Shown in pieces: positions 19,488-28,554 of a stretch of DNA of 64,000 nucleotides. Position numbers and translations under genes: made by a program. The stretch covers positions 448,001-512,000 of the forward strand of contig CAUVWX020000001.1 in NCBI GenBank assembly GCA_963555815.3. The letters are read 5' to 3'. Each line of letters starts with the position of its first letter. Positions within the stretch are counted from its first letter, which is position 1. The notes beneath the pieces were generated by a model. The model did no database searches, was not told the DNA's origin, and saw nothing but the letters and a program-made list of their open reading frames with translations. The DNA is from a bacterium (GTDB lineage: Bacteria > UBA8248 > JACPRG01 > G963555815).

Positions 19488-20171
19488 ATGAAACTCTCCA
19501 TCGTGATGCCGGTTTTCAACGAAAGGGCAACGCTGGAGGAGATCATCCAGCGCGTGAAGGCCCTGGAGATAGACAAGGAGATCATCGTCGTGGACGATGG
19601 CTCGACCGACGGCAGCCGCGAGTGGCTCCAGGCCCACGAGGGGGACGAGTTTCGCGCGATTTACCATGAGTCTAATCGTGGAAAAGGCGCGGCCTTTCGG
19701 ACGGGGCTTCAGCACGTGACTGGCGACATGGTGATCCCCCAGGACGCGGACCTCGAGTATGACCCGCAGGACATTCTTCGCCTGATCGAACCTATCCGCC
19801 GCGGAGTGGCTGACGCCGTGTACGGCACAAGGCTCGTCGGGGGTGCCCCTCAGAGGGCCCTCTTCTTCTGGCATCGGCTGGGAAACAAACTCCTGACCTT
19901 TGTCACTAACATCCTTTACAATACCACGCTGACTGACATGGAGACGTGCTATAAGCTCATACGAGCTGATCTTCTTCTCTCCATTCCCCTTCACTCAAAG
20001 GGTTTTTCCATTGAGCCCGAGATCACGGCCAAGATCCTCAAGCGCAAGGCTCGAGTCTATGAGGTTCCTATCTCCTACTATGGCCGAACCTACGCCGAGG
20101 GCAAAAAGATCACCTGGCGCCACGGGCTAAGTGCTGTCTGGACCCTTTTAAAACATCGCTTCGTGGACTAA
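19488..20171 (+). CDS. GT2, polyprenol-phosphate glycosyltransferase-like (DPM1/GtrB type)
   Basis: SIVMPVFNE, VDDGSTDG, NRGKGAA, QDADLEYDP, DMETCYK and GKKITW motifs. Confidence 0.9.
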   Translation: MKLSIVMPVFNERATLEEIIQRVKALEIDKEIIVVDDGSTDGSREWLQAHEGDEFRAIYHESNRGKGAAFRTGLQHVTGDMVIPQDADLEYDPQDILRLIEPIRRGVADAVYGTRLVGGAPQRALFFWHRLGNKLLTFVTNILYNTTLTDMETCYKLIRADLLLSIPLHSKGFSIEPEITAKILKRKARVYEVPISYYGRTYAEGKKITWRHGLSAVWTLLKHRFVD

Positions 20172-20185
20172 ATTTTTCAGCGAGG

Positions 20186-21553
20186 ATGAACCCCTTCCCT
20201 CCCGAAACCAAGCACACTCTTCCTGTTCGCCCTGAGGGGCCCGCCTGGCTCCCTCTCCCCTACCATGACCCCCGCCGCCTGGGGCGCGACCTCTTCTTCA
20301 TCGCCCTTTTAGTGAGACTCCTCTATCTTCTTCCAACGGCCCTCCGGATGGTGCGAGGAGAGGAGGTCCACCTGGGCGGGGACTTTGGGTTCTTCATTGC
20401 TCTCGCCCAGGGGATCTCATCGGGCATAGGAATGGTGCTGGATGGGCGCCCGACGGCGGAGTACCCTCCCCTCTATCCCATTTTTGTGTCCGGGGTCTAT
20501 TGGCTGACGGGCCCCCGACCCTTGGCTCTTCTTTCGGTCCAAGCCCTCCTCGGCGCCCTGATGTGTCCCCTTGTCGCCTCAATGGGGAGGAAACTTGCAG
20601 GTCCGGGGGCCGCCGTCCTGGCCGGTCTCCTCTACGCCCTCTATCCTCCCTTCCTTCAGGCCGAGCATCTCATCATGACGGAGGCCCTCTTCACCTTCTG
20701 GGTTATTCTCACCCTCTACGCCCTCATTCTCCTCACCCGTTCCCCGGGGCCTGCCGCAATGGCCCTACTCGGGGCCGCCTCGGCACTGGGGGCTCTGACA
20801 AAACCCTCCCTCGCCCTTTTCCCAATCGCCGTCCTTCTTGGCCTTGTCGCTGCGGAAGGCCGGAAATTCCTGCGGATGGCCGGACGAACGGTCGTCTTTG
20901 CGGTGGTGTTTATCGCTCTTCTGACGCCGTGGGCCATCAGAAATTACAGGGCCTTTGGGGAATTCATCCCCCTTGGGACTGAGGCGGGGGCTGTCTTTTA
21001 CGATGGGCTCGCCCTCCGGGAAGGCTGGAAGATCGGCTTTCGCCGTTCGAACGAAGTGACAGCCCGGGCCGCCGAGATCACCTCGGAACCCGAGCGCAGC
21101 CGCTTCCTCTTTCGGGCGGGATTGGCTGAAGTGAGGGAAAATCCAGGAATCATCCCTTCCCTTCTTCTCTTCAAAACCCTTTTCTTCTTCAGCCCCTTCG
21201 ACTGGGAGATCTTTCAGGGCGGGACGTATAGCTTTGCCTTTGCCTTTCTGATACCCTACGCCGTCTTCGGCCTCATGGCAGGCCGCGGCCAGGGGGCTCC
21301 GAGGTGGCCCGTCTGGGGCCTCGTGATCTATTTTTTCCTCTTGGGCCTCGTCTTCATCGGCACCCCGCGGCTGAGGCTCCCCGCCGAGGTGGGGGTGGTG
21401 CTCCTGGGGGCTATCGGGCTCTCAGAGTCTTTTTCAAGGGGCGGGGGAAAGGCCGCCGTCCTGGCCGGTGGATGGCTTCTGTTCAACCTTCTCATCTTCT
21501 TCACGTCGGACCTGTTGAGGGCGGGGCTTCGCGGACTATTGATCCCGAATTGA
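20186..21553 (+). CDS. GT-C (ArnT/PMT-like, GT39-type) membrane glycosyltransferase
   Basis: Polytopic; YPPLYP, MTEALF, LTKP, PWAIRNY and PRLRLP motifs. Confidence 0.7.
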   Translation: MNPFPPETKHTLPVRPEGPAWLPLPYHDPRRLGRDLFFIALLVRLLYLLPTALRMVRGEEVHLGGDFGFFIALAQGISSGIGMVLDGRPTAEYPPLYPIFVSGVYWLTGPRPLALLSVQALLGALMCPLVASMGRKLAGPGAAVLAGLLYALYPPFLQAEHLIMTEALFTFWVILTLYALILLTRSPGPAAMALLGAASALGALTKPSLALFPIAVLLGLVAAEGRKFLRMAGRTVVFAVVFIALLTPWAIRNYRAFGEFIPLGTEAGAVFYDGLALREGWKIGFRRSNEVTARAAEITSEPERSRFLFRAGLAEVRENPGIIPSLLLFKTLFFFSPFDWEIFQGGTYSFAFAFLIPYAVFGLMAGRGQGAPRWPVWGLVIYFFLLGLVFIGTPRLRLPAEVGVVLLGAIGLSESFSRGGGKAAVLAGGWLLFNLLIFFTSDLLRAGLRGLLIPN

Positions 21554-21688
21554 GCTAAATCCTCCTATCCCTTATAGTGAGCCCCCAAGAAGGGCAGAAG
21601 GTGGCTTTTTTAGAGGAACGTCCCGTGGGGAGATCATCGGAAATCGGGAAGTCTGGGGATTTGACGTAGGAGGCGGTGAAACCAGGCA

Positions 21689-22678
21689 ATGAACTGGAAG
21701 AAGAAGCGAGTCTTGGTGACGGGGGCTGGGGGCTTCATCGGGAGTCACCTGGTAGAACGGCTCCTGGAGGAGGGGGCCTGGGTTCGGGGCTTCGTCCGTT
21801 ATAACTCTAGAAGCGATGAGGGCTTTTTAACGGGACTTGCCCGCTCTCACGCCAATCGCTTGGAGATCTTGTCCGGAGATCTCTGTACCCAGGAGACGGT
21901 CCGCGAGGCCCTTCGCGGGGTGACGGTAGTCCTCCATCTGGCGGCGCTGGTCGGGATCCCCTACTCCTATCTTCACCCCGCCGAGGTGGTGGAGACGAAC
22001 GTCGTCGGGACGCTGAACGTCCTTCTGGCCGCCCGCGACGAGGGGGTCGAGAAGCTGGTCCACACCTCAAGCAGCGAGGTCTATGGATCGGCCCGCCAGG
22101 TTCCCATCGCGGAGGATCACCCCCTTCAGCCCCAATCTCCTTACTCGGCGACCAAGATCGGTGCGGACGCCCTCGCCCTTAGCTTTCATTACACCTACGA
22201 CCTGCCGGTGGCCGTCATTCGGCCGTTCAATGCTTACGGCCCTCGCCAGTCGGCCCGAGCCGTCATCCCCGCCATCATCGTGCAGGCCCTGTCCCGAGAC
22301 ACCGTCTGCCTCGGGGCCACCCACCCGACCCGGGATTTCACTTACGTCAGAGACACGGCTGAGGCGTTTTTGGCTGTCGCCGCCTCGGACCGCTCCACCG
22401 GCGAGGTCATCCAAGTCGGCACCGGGTTGGAAATCTCCATCGGGGACATCGCCCAGGAGATCATCCAGCTCGTCGGGCGTCCTGTCCGGCTGGAGACCAA
22501 GACCGAGCGAGTGAGGCCGACTAGGAGCGAGGTGACTCGCCTCGTGGCCACAAACCAGAAGGCCCGAGACCTCTTGGGGTGGACCCCCAAGGTCCCTCTT
22601 CAGGAAGGGCTTCGGCAGACGATCGATTACATTCGGGATCACCTAGAGGACTACGAGCCCGATCGCTACACCGTCTGA
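21689..22678 (+). CDS. NAD-dependent nucleotide-sugar 4,6-dehydratase/epimerase (LegB-like)
   Basis: TGAGGFIG, VRYNS, HLAALVGIPYSY, SSEVYG, YSATK and RPFNAYGPRQSARA motifs. Confidence 0.88.
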   Translation: MNWKKKRVLVTGAGGFIGSHLVERLLEEGAWVRGFVRYNSRSDEGFLTGLARSHANRLEILSGDLCTQETVREALRGVTVVLHLAALVGIPYSYLHPAEVVETNVVGTLNVLLAARDEGVEKLVHTSSSEVYGSARQVPIAEDHPLQPQSPYSATKIGADALALSFHYTYDLPVAVIRPFNAYGPRQSARAVIPAIIVQALSRDTVCLGATHPTRDFTYVRDTAEAFLAVAASDRSTGEVIQVGTGLEISIGDIAQEIIQLVGRPVRLETKTERVRPTRSEVTRLVATNQKARDLLGWTPKVPLQEGLRQTIDYIRDHLEDYEPDRYTV

Positions 22679-22834
22679 GCCTCTGACCACTTTCCGCCCT
22701 GAATCCCATTGAAAAGAGGCTAAGCCTTTCTTTAGAGTAGAATATGAGGAGAGACTTACGAAAACCATACTCTGCTTTTCAAGTTGGGCTGAAGAAGGAC
22801 GGTGCCTTGCGAGCGAGGGTCTGAGAGGTCTTTG

Positions 22835-23530
22835 ATGCGGGCAGTCATCCTGGCGGGAGGCCTTGGGACGAGACTTCGGCCCCTGACCTTCTCCATCCCA
22901 AAACCGCTTCTGCCGGTTGGGGAAAAACCCATCCTTGAGCTCATCCTCCATCGTCTGAAATCCTTTGGGTTTCGTGACTTCATCTTCTCTATCGGCTACA
23001 AGGGTGAGCTGATTGAGACCTATTTTCAGAGCGGAGAGAAGTTCGGCGTCCAGGTCCAATACGTCCGAGAAAAGGAGCCCAGCGGGACGGCCGGCCCTCT
23101 CGCCCAGGTGGCCCGCCAATTTCCCTTCTCCTCAGGGGAGTCCTTCCTGTTGATGAACGGTGACATCCTGACGGAGCTCGATTTCCGCCGTTTCATGGAA
23201 TTTCACAAGAGCAACGGTTTTGATATGACGGTTGGCGTCAAGGAGATCGAGCGGAATCTCCCCTTTGGGGTTCTTCAGATTTCCAACGGGCGAGTCCTTG
23301 GAATTGACGAGAAGCCGGTAACCCGCTATCCCATCTCAGCGGGGATCTATCTCCTTCGCGAGAGCGTCCTCTCGGCCATTCCCGCCGACACCTTCTTCAC
23401 CATCCCTGACCTCGTCAGCCGCCTGGTGGCCGAATCCCGCTCCGTCGGGAGCTATCTTATCGAGGAATACTGGCTGGCCCTGGAACATCAGGATGACATG
23501 GAGGCGGCCCGTTCCCACATCCAGGAGTAG
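22835..23530 (+). CDS. Sugar-phosphate nucleotidyltransferase
   Basis: MRAVILAGGLGTRLRPLT, PKPLLPV, GTAGPL, MNGDIL and AGIYLL; start reassigned to the ATG at 22835. Confidence 0.9.
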   Translation: MRAVILAGGLGTRLRPLTFSIPKPLLPVGEKPILELILHRLKSFGFRDFIFSIGYKGELIETYFQSGEKFGVQVQYVREKEPSGTAGPLAQVARQFPFSSGESFLLMNGDILTELDFRRFMEFHKSNGFDMTVGVKEIERNLPFGVLQISNGRVLGIDEKPVTRYPISAGIYLLRESVLSAIPADTFFTIPDLVSRLVAESRSVGSYLIEEYWLALEHQDDMEAARSHIQE

Positions 23531-23532
23531 CC

Positions 23533-24231
23533 ATGAACCATCCCTATCAGCGGCTCTCCATCATCATCCCCGCCTTCAACGAGCGGACGACCATCGCTGA
23601 GGTCCTGAAGCGGGTCTGCGCGGTCGACGTGGGCCTGGAGAAAGAGATCATCGTCCTGGACGGATGTTCTAACGACGGGACCCGGGAGCTCCTCCAGGAG
23701 ATAGCGACTCCTCCCATCCGCCTCATCCTGGAGGAGAAGCGGATGGGAAAGGGGGCGGCCGTTCGGCGTGGATTTGAGGAGGCCACAGGCGACATCCTCC
23801 TCATCCAGGATGCGGATCTGGAACTCCACCCCAGGGAGTTTCCCGCCCTCATCGCCCCTATCCTGCAGGGGGAAGCCCAGGTGGTTTTTGGCTCTCGTTT
23901 CTCCAAAGGCAGGGGCGATACCAATCGGGGGAGCTATCTCGGCAATTGGATCGTCACGTGGGCGACGAACCTCCTTTTCGGGACATGGCTCACGGACATG
24001 TGCACAGGCCATAAAGTCTTCCAGGCGGACTTCATCCGCTCTGTTCCCCTCGTCTGCAACGGCTTTGACTTCGACGCCGAACTCACGACCAAGACCCTCC
24101 GGCGAGGACTGAAAATCCGGGAAATCCCTGTCGCCTACGCGCCTCGAGGCCGGCAAGCTGGAAAGAAGTTGCGCTGGTCGGCCGGCTTTCGAGTCTTATT
24201 CACCATCCTGAGATATCGCTTTCTGGATTAG
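23533..24231 (+). CDS. GT2, polyprenol-phosphate glycosyltransferase-like (second copy)
   Basis: SIIIPAFNE, GKGAA, QDADLE, FGSRF and GKKLRW; paralog of 19488-20171. Confidence 0.88.
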   Translation: MNHPYQRLSIIIPAFNERTTIAEVLKRVCAVDVGLEKEIIVLDGCSNDGTRELLQEIATPPIRLILEEKRMGKGAAVRRGFEEATGDILLIQDADLELHPREFPALIAPILQGEAQVVFGSRFSKGRGDTNRGSYLGNWIVTWATNLLFGTWLTDMCTGHKVFQADFIRSVPLVCNGFDFDAELTTKTLRRGLKIREIPVAYAPRGRQAGKKLRWSAGFRVLFTILRYRFLD

Positions 24232-24236
24232 AGGAT

Positions 24237-26114
24237 ATGCGAAAGCAGTGGGGGGAAATTTTCAGGGACTCTCTCATCCTTCGCTGGGGCCTCTTGGCCT
24301 TCGCTTGGCTGGGGAGTGATCCCCAGAAAGAGGTCCCCGGCCGGTGGTCTTCCTTAACCGCGGGGAGCGGCCTGGTGAAGGCCCTCAGGCGTGCGAGCAG
24401 GGGGGCGCTCGGCGCCCTGGCGTCCCTGTGGCGGGGAAGCTTCTTATACAGCGGAATCTCCCAGCTTCAAGAGAACTTTAGGTATTCCCCACAGCGGACA
24501 GTCGGTGCCCTCTTAATGGGACTTCTCATCGGAAACCTCATCCTTGCGATCTCCCTTGGCGGGGACCTCAATGCCGACGGTATCGTTTTGAGGGCTCTCC
24601 TTTGGGTGGTTGCAGCCCTTGCCCTTTGGGGCCCCGAGGGGGGGCTTCAGCGTTTTTGGGAGGCAAGCACCCTGGCGAGACTGTGGAGGGCCCGTCGGGG
24701 GCCTCGCGCCGACGGGCCCTCTGTTGTGGCGAACGCTCAGCCTCCCCTGGCCCTTGCTCTAGGCGGAGGGATTCTCCTTGGGGTGGGTTGGTTCGGATCT
24801 TCGGGCGGTTTCTTTCTGGCGTTGGTCATCGCTGGGGTAACGCTGGCACTTCGGCGGGTGAGCTCTCAACGAGATGGACTCTTTCTGTCACGCCTTTTTC
24901 TCGGGGCTGTCCTCCTTCGACTGGGGATTCTGGCCCTGGTCCAAGCGGGGCTCTTGACCAAAGGAATCTACTACGACCACCACGCCCTGGACAACTATGA
25001 CCTGCACATTCCCATGGTCTTTGGCGACGGGGGCTACTTCACGGCCAAGGCCTGGAGCATGGCCCAGATCTGGCGGGGGGGCGAGGTCTGGCCCCACGCC
25101 ATCTATGAGCTCCGGCAGGATTACGGGAGCACAGGTTACCTCCTCTTTCCCGCCCTCTACTTCTACTTTTTCGGCCCCGATGCCGTCCTCTCCGTTAGAT
25201 TCATCAACCCCATCCTGGGAGGTGCCCTTCCTCTTCTCGCCTTCGGTATGGGCCGGGATCTCTTTGGCCATAGGGCGGCGCGGGTGGCGGGTGTCCTGAC
25301 GGCCTGCTTTCCCTCCCTCATCCTCTGGACGTTGGATTCCCTCAAGGACCCCCTCTTCACAGCCCTCACCCTGGCGAGTGTCTGGGCCACGGTCCGCTAT
25401 TTTCTCTACGGTCGGTGGGGACAACTGGCCTTAGGGGCCCTTGCCGCTGTCGCGGCCCTGTCGATCCGTTTTCCATTTGGAGCGGTGCCGATCCTCGTCG
25501 TGGCCCTAGGCTTTCTCTTCCTTCTATGGCGTTTCCTAATAAGAAAGTCCCGTCTTGTCGCCCTGGCTCTGGTCGGGGTCCTGGCCGTGGGGATCGCAAG
25601 CCCACAGGCCCGTCAGCTGGCCGGACGAGCGCTCTTCTGGACCTTCACCGTGCAAAGAGGGACGACCACGGGAGAGGCGGGCCATTTCTACGAGATCTGG
25701 GATCGAAGGCTTTACGGGCACTCGGAGCCAGAGACCTTCGCGAGGGATATTGACGCCGGGGACGTCATCCGGGCGGTGGGCCTTGGCCATTATCATTTTT
25801 GGTTGGAGCCAAGGTTCTGGGATATTCCCTCTCTCTCATTCCTTCCTACGGTTCCACAAATGCTCCTCTGGATCCTCAGCTTCCCCCTCGGCCTGGCGGG
25901 ATTGTGGCTGCTGCGGCGTCGCCGGGGGGACCTCTTCGTCGTCTTCTGCTTTCTTCTCATCACCAGTACGACCATCGCCATGGTCGGCGGTAATACGGGC
26001 ACCGTATTCCGCCTCCGAGACCTGTTGACGCCAGTCTGGCTAGTCCTGGCAGGGGGAAGTTTCGCCTTCTACTTCCTCCCCCCATCGCCTGAACCTGAGG
26101 AGAGGGTCATCTGA
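24237..26114 (+). CDS. Polytopic GT-C-fold membrane protein (PMT-like or Wzy-like)
   Basis: Many transmembrane segments; GDGGY loop, FPSLILW, LKD and C-terminal NTGTVFRLR. Confidence 0.6.
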   Translation: MRKQWGEIFRDSLILRWGLLAFAWLGSDPQKEVPGRWSSLTAGSGLVKALRRASRGALGALASLWRGSFLYSGISQLQENFRYSPQRTVGALLMGLLIGNLILAISLGGDLNADGIVLRALLWVVAALALWGPEGGLQRFWEASTLARLWRARRGPRADGPSVVANAQPPLALALGGGILLGVGWFGSSGGFFLALVIAGVTLALRRVSSQRDGLFLSRLFLGAVLLRLGILALVQAGLLTKGIYYDHHALDNYDLHIPMVFGDGGYFTAKAWSMAQIWRGGEVWPHAIYELRQDYGSTGYLLFPALYFYFFGPDAVLSVRFINPILGGALPLLAFGMGRDLFGHRAARVAGVLTACFPSLILWTLDSLKDPLFTALTLASVWATVRYFLYGRWGQLALGALAAVAALSIRFPFGAVPILVVALGFLFLLWRFLIRKSRLVALALVGVLAVGIASPQARQLAGRALFWTFTVQRGTTTGEAGHFYEIWDRRLYGHSEPETFARDIDAGDVIRAVGLGHYHFWLEPRFWDIPSLSFLPTVPQMLLWILSFPLGLAGLWLLRRRRGDLFVVFCFLLITSTTIAMVGGNTGTVFRLRDLLTPVWLVLAGGSFAFYFLPPSPEPEERVI

Positions 26115-26179
26115 GGGAAGCCCGTCTCTCTCAGCGCGGGTCCCTCGCGCCCTCAGACTGCCCCTCAGGGCCTTTAGCC

Positions 26180-27373
26180 TTGTCTCCCTCGCCAAAGGTT
26201 CTCTTCCTTTCCTATAACGGGATCTCAGAACCCCTCATGCAATCTCAGGGCCTTCCCTACCTTCGCGGCCTTGCCCGGATGGGGGCAAAGGTCTGGCTCC
26301 TCACGTTCGAAAAAGGCTCAAAGGATGGCAAGCGCCGGCAACAGCGCGCGGGGCTGGCCCAAGAGGGGATCCATTGGAGGTGGCTCAGATACCACAAGAC
26401 CCCTCCCCTGGCCGCCACGCTCTATGACATCCTTCGAGGGGCCCTTTTGGCCGCCTGGGTCACCTGGCGGGAGGGTATTCAGGTGATCGAGGCTCGAGGC
26501 ACATTGCCCGCCGCCATGGGGTACGGCGTGGCACGGGCCCTTCGGCGTTCCTTTCTCTTCAACGCGCGAGCCCTGCTGGCCGAGGAGTATGCGGACGCCG
26601 GGAGGTGGTCGCGGCGGTCGCTTCGATTTCGGGTGATCTCGTGGCTGGAGAGGCGCTGTCTGGCGCGGGCCGAGGCCGTCATCGTCCTGACGGAGGCCCT
26701 CAGGCACCTTCTGGCCTCTGGGGATTTCCTCTCGCCTCCCCGCGAGGAGGGGGTCACGGTCATCCCGTGCTGTGTAGACCTTCAGAAGTTCTCCCCAGAG
26801 TCAACGCCCCCTGGCCCCGGCCCCATCTTTGTCTACGCCGGCTCTCTCGGAGGGTACTATCTCACAGAGGAACTGGTGGCCTTCTTCCGGTCCGCGTTAA
26901 ACGTTTTTGCCCAGGCCCGCCTTCTCCTCCTCTCCAACGGCTATGACGATCTCGCCCGCGAGGCTGTCAGCAGCGCCGGGGTCCCTGCCGATCGGGTCGA
27001 GGTCCGAAGTGTCTCCCATGAGGCCATCCCCGGCTATCTGAGGCGCGCCGACGTGGGACTCATCTTCGCCCGACCCTCCTTCGCCCGCATCGGAATGTCT
27101 CCCACCAAGCTGGCGGAATACCTGGCCTGTGGGCTCCCCGTCGTCGTCACCCCCGGGATCGGAGATACGGAAGAGGTGGTTCGAGGAAAAAGGGTGGGGG
27201 TCGTTCTCCCTGCGCTGGATGAGGCGGGGTTTCTCCAGGCCGCCGAGGAGATCCGAAATTTACTGGCAGAGGGGGACACCCTCACGCACCGATGCCGCAA
27301 GGTGGCCGAAGAATTTGGACTGGAGACGGGTCTGACCCGCTATCGGGAGGTCTACCGGCACTTGGGGTTCTGA
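26180..27373 (+). CDS. Glycosyltransferase family 4
   Basis: VIPCCVDL, YAGSLG, SPTKLAEYLACGLPVV; TTG start. Confidence 0.88.
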   Translation: MSPSPKVLFLSYNGISEPLMQSQGLPYLRGLARMGAKVWLLTFEKGSKDGKRRQQRAGLAQEGIHWRWLRYHKTPPLAATLYDILRGALLAAWVTWREGIQVIEARGTLPAAMGYGVARALRRSFLFNARALLAEEYADAGRWSRRSLRFRVISWLERRCLARAEAVIVLTEALRHLLASGDFLSPPREEGVTVIPCCVDLQKFSPESTPPGPGPIFVYAGSLGGYYLTEELVAFFRSALNVFAQARLLLLSNGYDDLAREAVSSAGVPADRVEVRSVSHEAIPGYLRRADVGLIFARPSFARIGMSPTKLAEYLACGLPVVVTPGIGDTEEVVRGKRVGVVLPALDEAGFLQAAEEIRNLLAEGDTLTHRCRKVAEEFGLETGLTRYREVYRHLGF

Positions 27374-28554
27374 GATACAGCCAGATTCTCACCTCCCAGC
27401 TCCTCCAGGATAAAACACTTGAGATACTGGGACTCGGGGAAGGTCAAGGAGATGGGATGGTCCCTCGCCTGGGTCCTCTGCTCGACGAGGCGAAATCCTT
27501 TTCCCGAATCCCCGGCCGCCTCCACCAGAAGGGACCGAAAATTCTCGACCGTGAGGTGATAGGAACAAGAGGAGGTGATGAGCCTTCCTCCGGGAGAAAG
27601 GCACTTCATGGCCCTCAGGTTGATCTCTTTGTAGCCGCGAAGGGCCTGGGCCAAAGACGCCCGGCTCTTGGCAAAAGCGGGGGGGTCGAGGACGATGGTG
27701 TCGAAATGTTCGCCCCGGCGGTCAAGCTCCCTCAGGTAGTCGAACGTGTTTTGGACCTCGATCCGAAGTTTTAGCCCGTTCAGATCCGCGTTGGCCCTGG
27801 CGACCTCCGCCGAGGCGGCCGAAATTTCCACTCCGACCACTTCCTGGGCTTCCTGCTCCATGTGGAGGCCAAATCCACCGTGATAGCAGAAGGCGTCAAG
27901 GACCCGCCCTCTGGCGCAGCGCCCCGCGGTTAGGCGGTTCTCCCGCTGGTCCAAAAAGGCCCCGGTTTTTTGAGCGCTGCGGAGGGAAATTCGATACCGG
28001 ACCGGCCCCTCCTCCACTTCAACGACATCGGGGACCTGTCCCTCGACCACTCGGACCTCCAGGGGAAGACCCTCCAGGGCCCGCACCTTCATATCGTTCT
28101 TGGCGAGGACCCCCTGGAAAGAGATTCCCTCAGAGAGCAATGAGAGCCATTCCGAAAAATTCTGGTCTGCGGCAGCCGTGAGAGTCTGAACCACCAAGAT
28201 GTCCCCGTAGAGGTCGGCGATGAGGCCCGGTATGCCATCGGCCTCTGAATAGATGAGGCGGTAGGCGGTGGTCCCTGAGACCACTTGACGCCGATGCAAG
28301 AGGGCGCGCTCGACCTTATCCCGCCAGAAGGTCCGATCGACGGCGACATCCTCTCGTGTCACGACGCGAAGGGAAATCTGAGATTCAGGATTGAAGAAGG
28401 CCTGGCCTTGAAATCGTCCCCGGCCGTCGAGGAGGCGGACAAGGGACCCGGTCTGAGCGTCCTCCACCGCCAGGATATCGCTCCGGAAAACCCAGGGGTG
28501 GCCCCCGCGAAGGCGTTTTAGGGCCCTGCTGTTTAGGGTCGCCCGAGGGTTCAT
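27352..28554 (-). CDS. rlmI: RlmI/RlmK-like class I SAM-dependent rRNA methyltransferase
   Basis: PUA domain GHPWVF, SEADGIPGLIAD, QKTGAFLDQRENR, VLDAFCYHGGF, LDPPAF, SSCS and YLK motifs. Confidence 0.85.
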   Translation of the reverse strand: MNPRATLNSRALKRLRGGHPWVFRSDILAVEDAQTGSLVRLLDGRGRFQGQAFFNPESQISLRVVTREDVAVDRTFWRDKVERALLHRRQVVSGTTAYRLIYSEADGIPGLIADLYGDILVVQTLTAAADQNFSEWLSLLSEGISFQGVLAKNDMKVRALEGLPLEVRVVEGQVPDVVEVEEGPVRYRISLRSAQKTGAFLDQRENRLTAGRCARGRVLDAFCYHGGFGLHMEQEAQEVVGVEISAASAEVARANADLNGLKLRIEVQNTFDYLRELDRRGEHFDTIVLDPPAFAKSRASLAQALRGYKEINLRAMKCLSPGGRLITSSCSYHLTVENFRSLLVEAAGDSGKGFRLVEQRTQARDHPISLTFPESQYLKCFILEELGGENLAVSQNPKCR

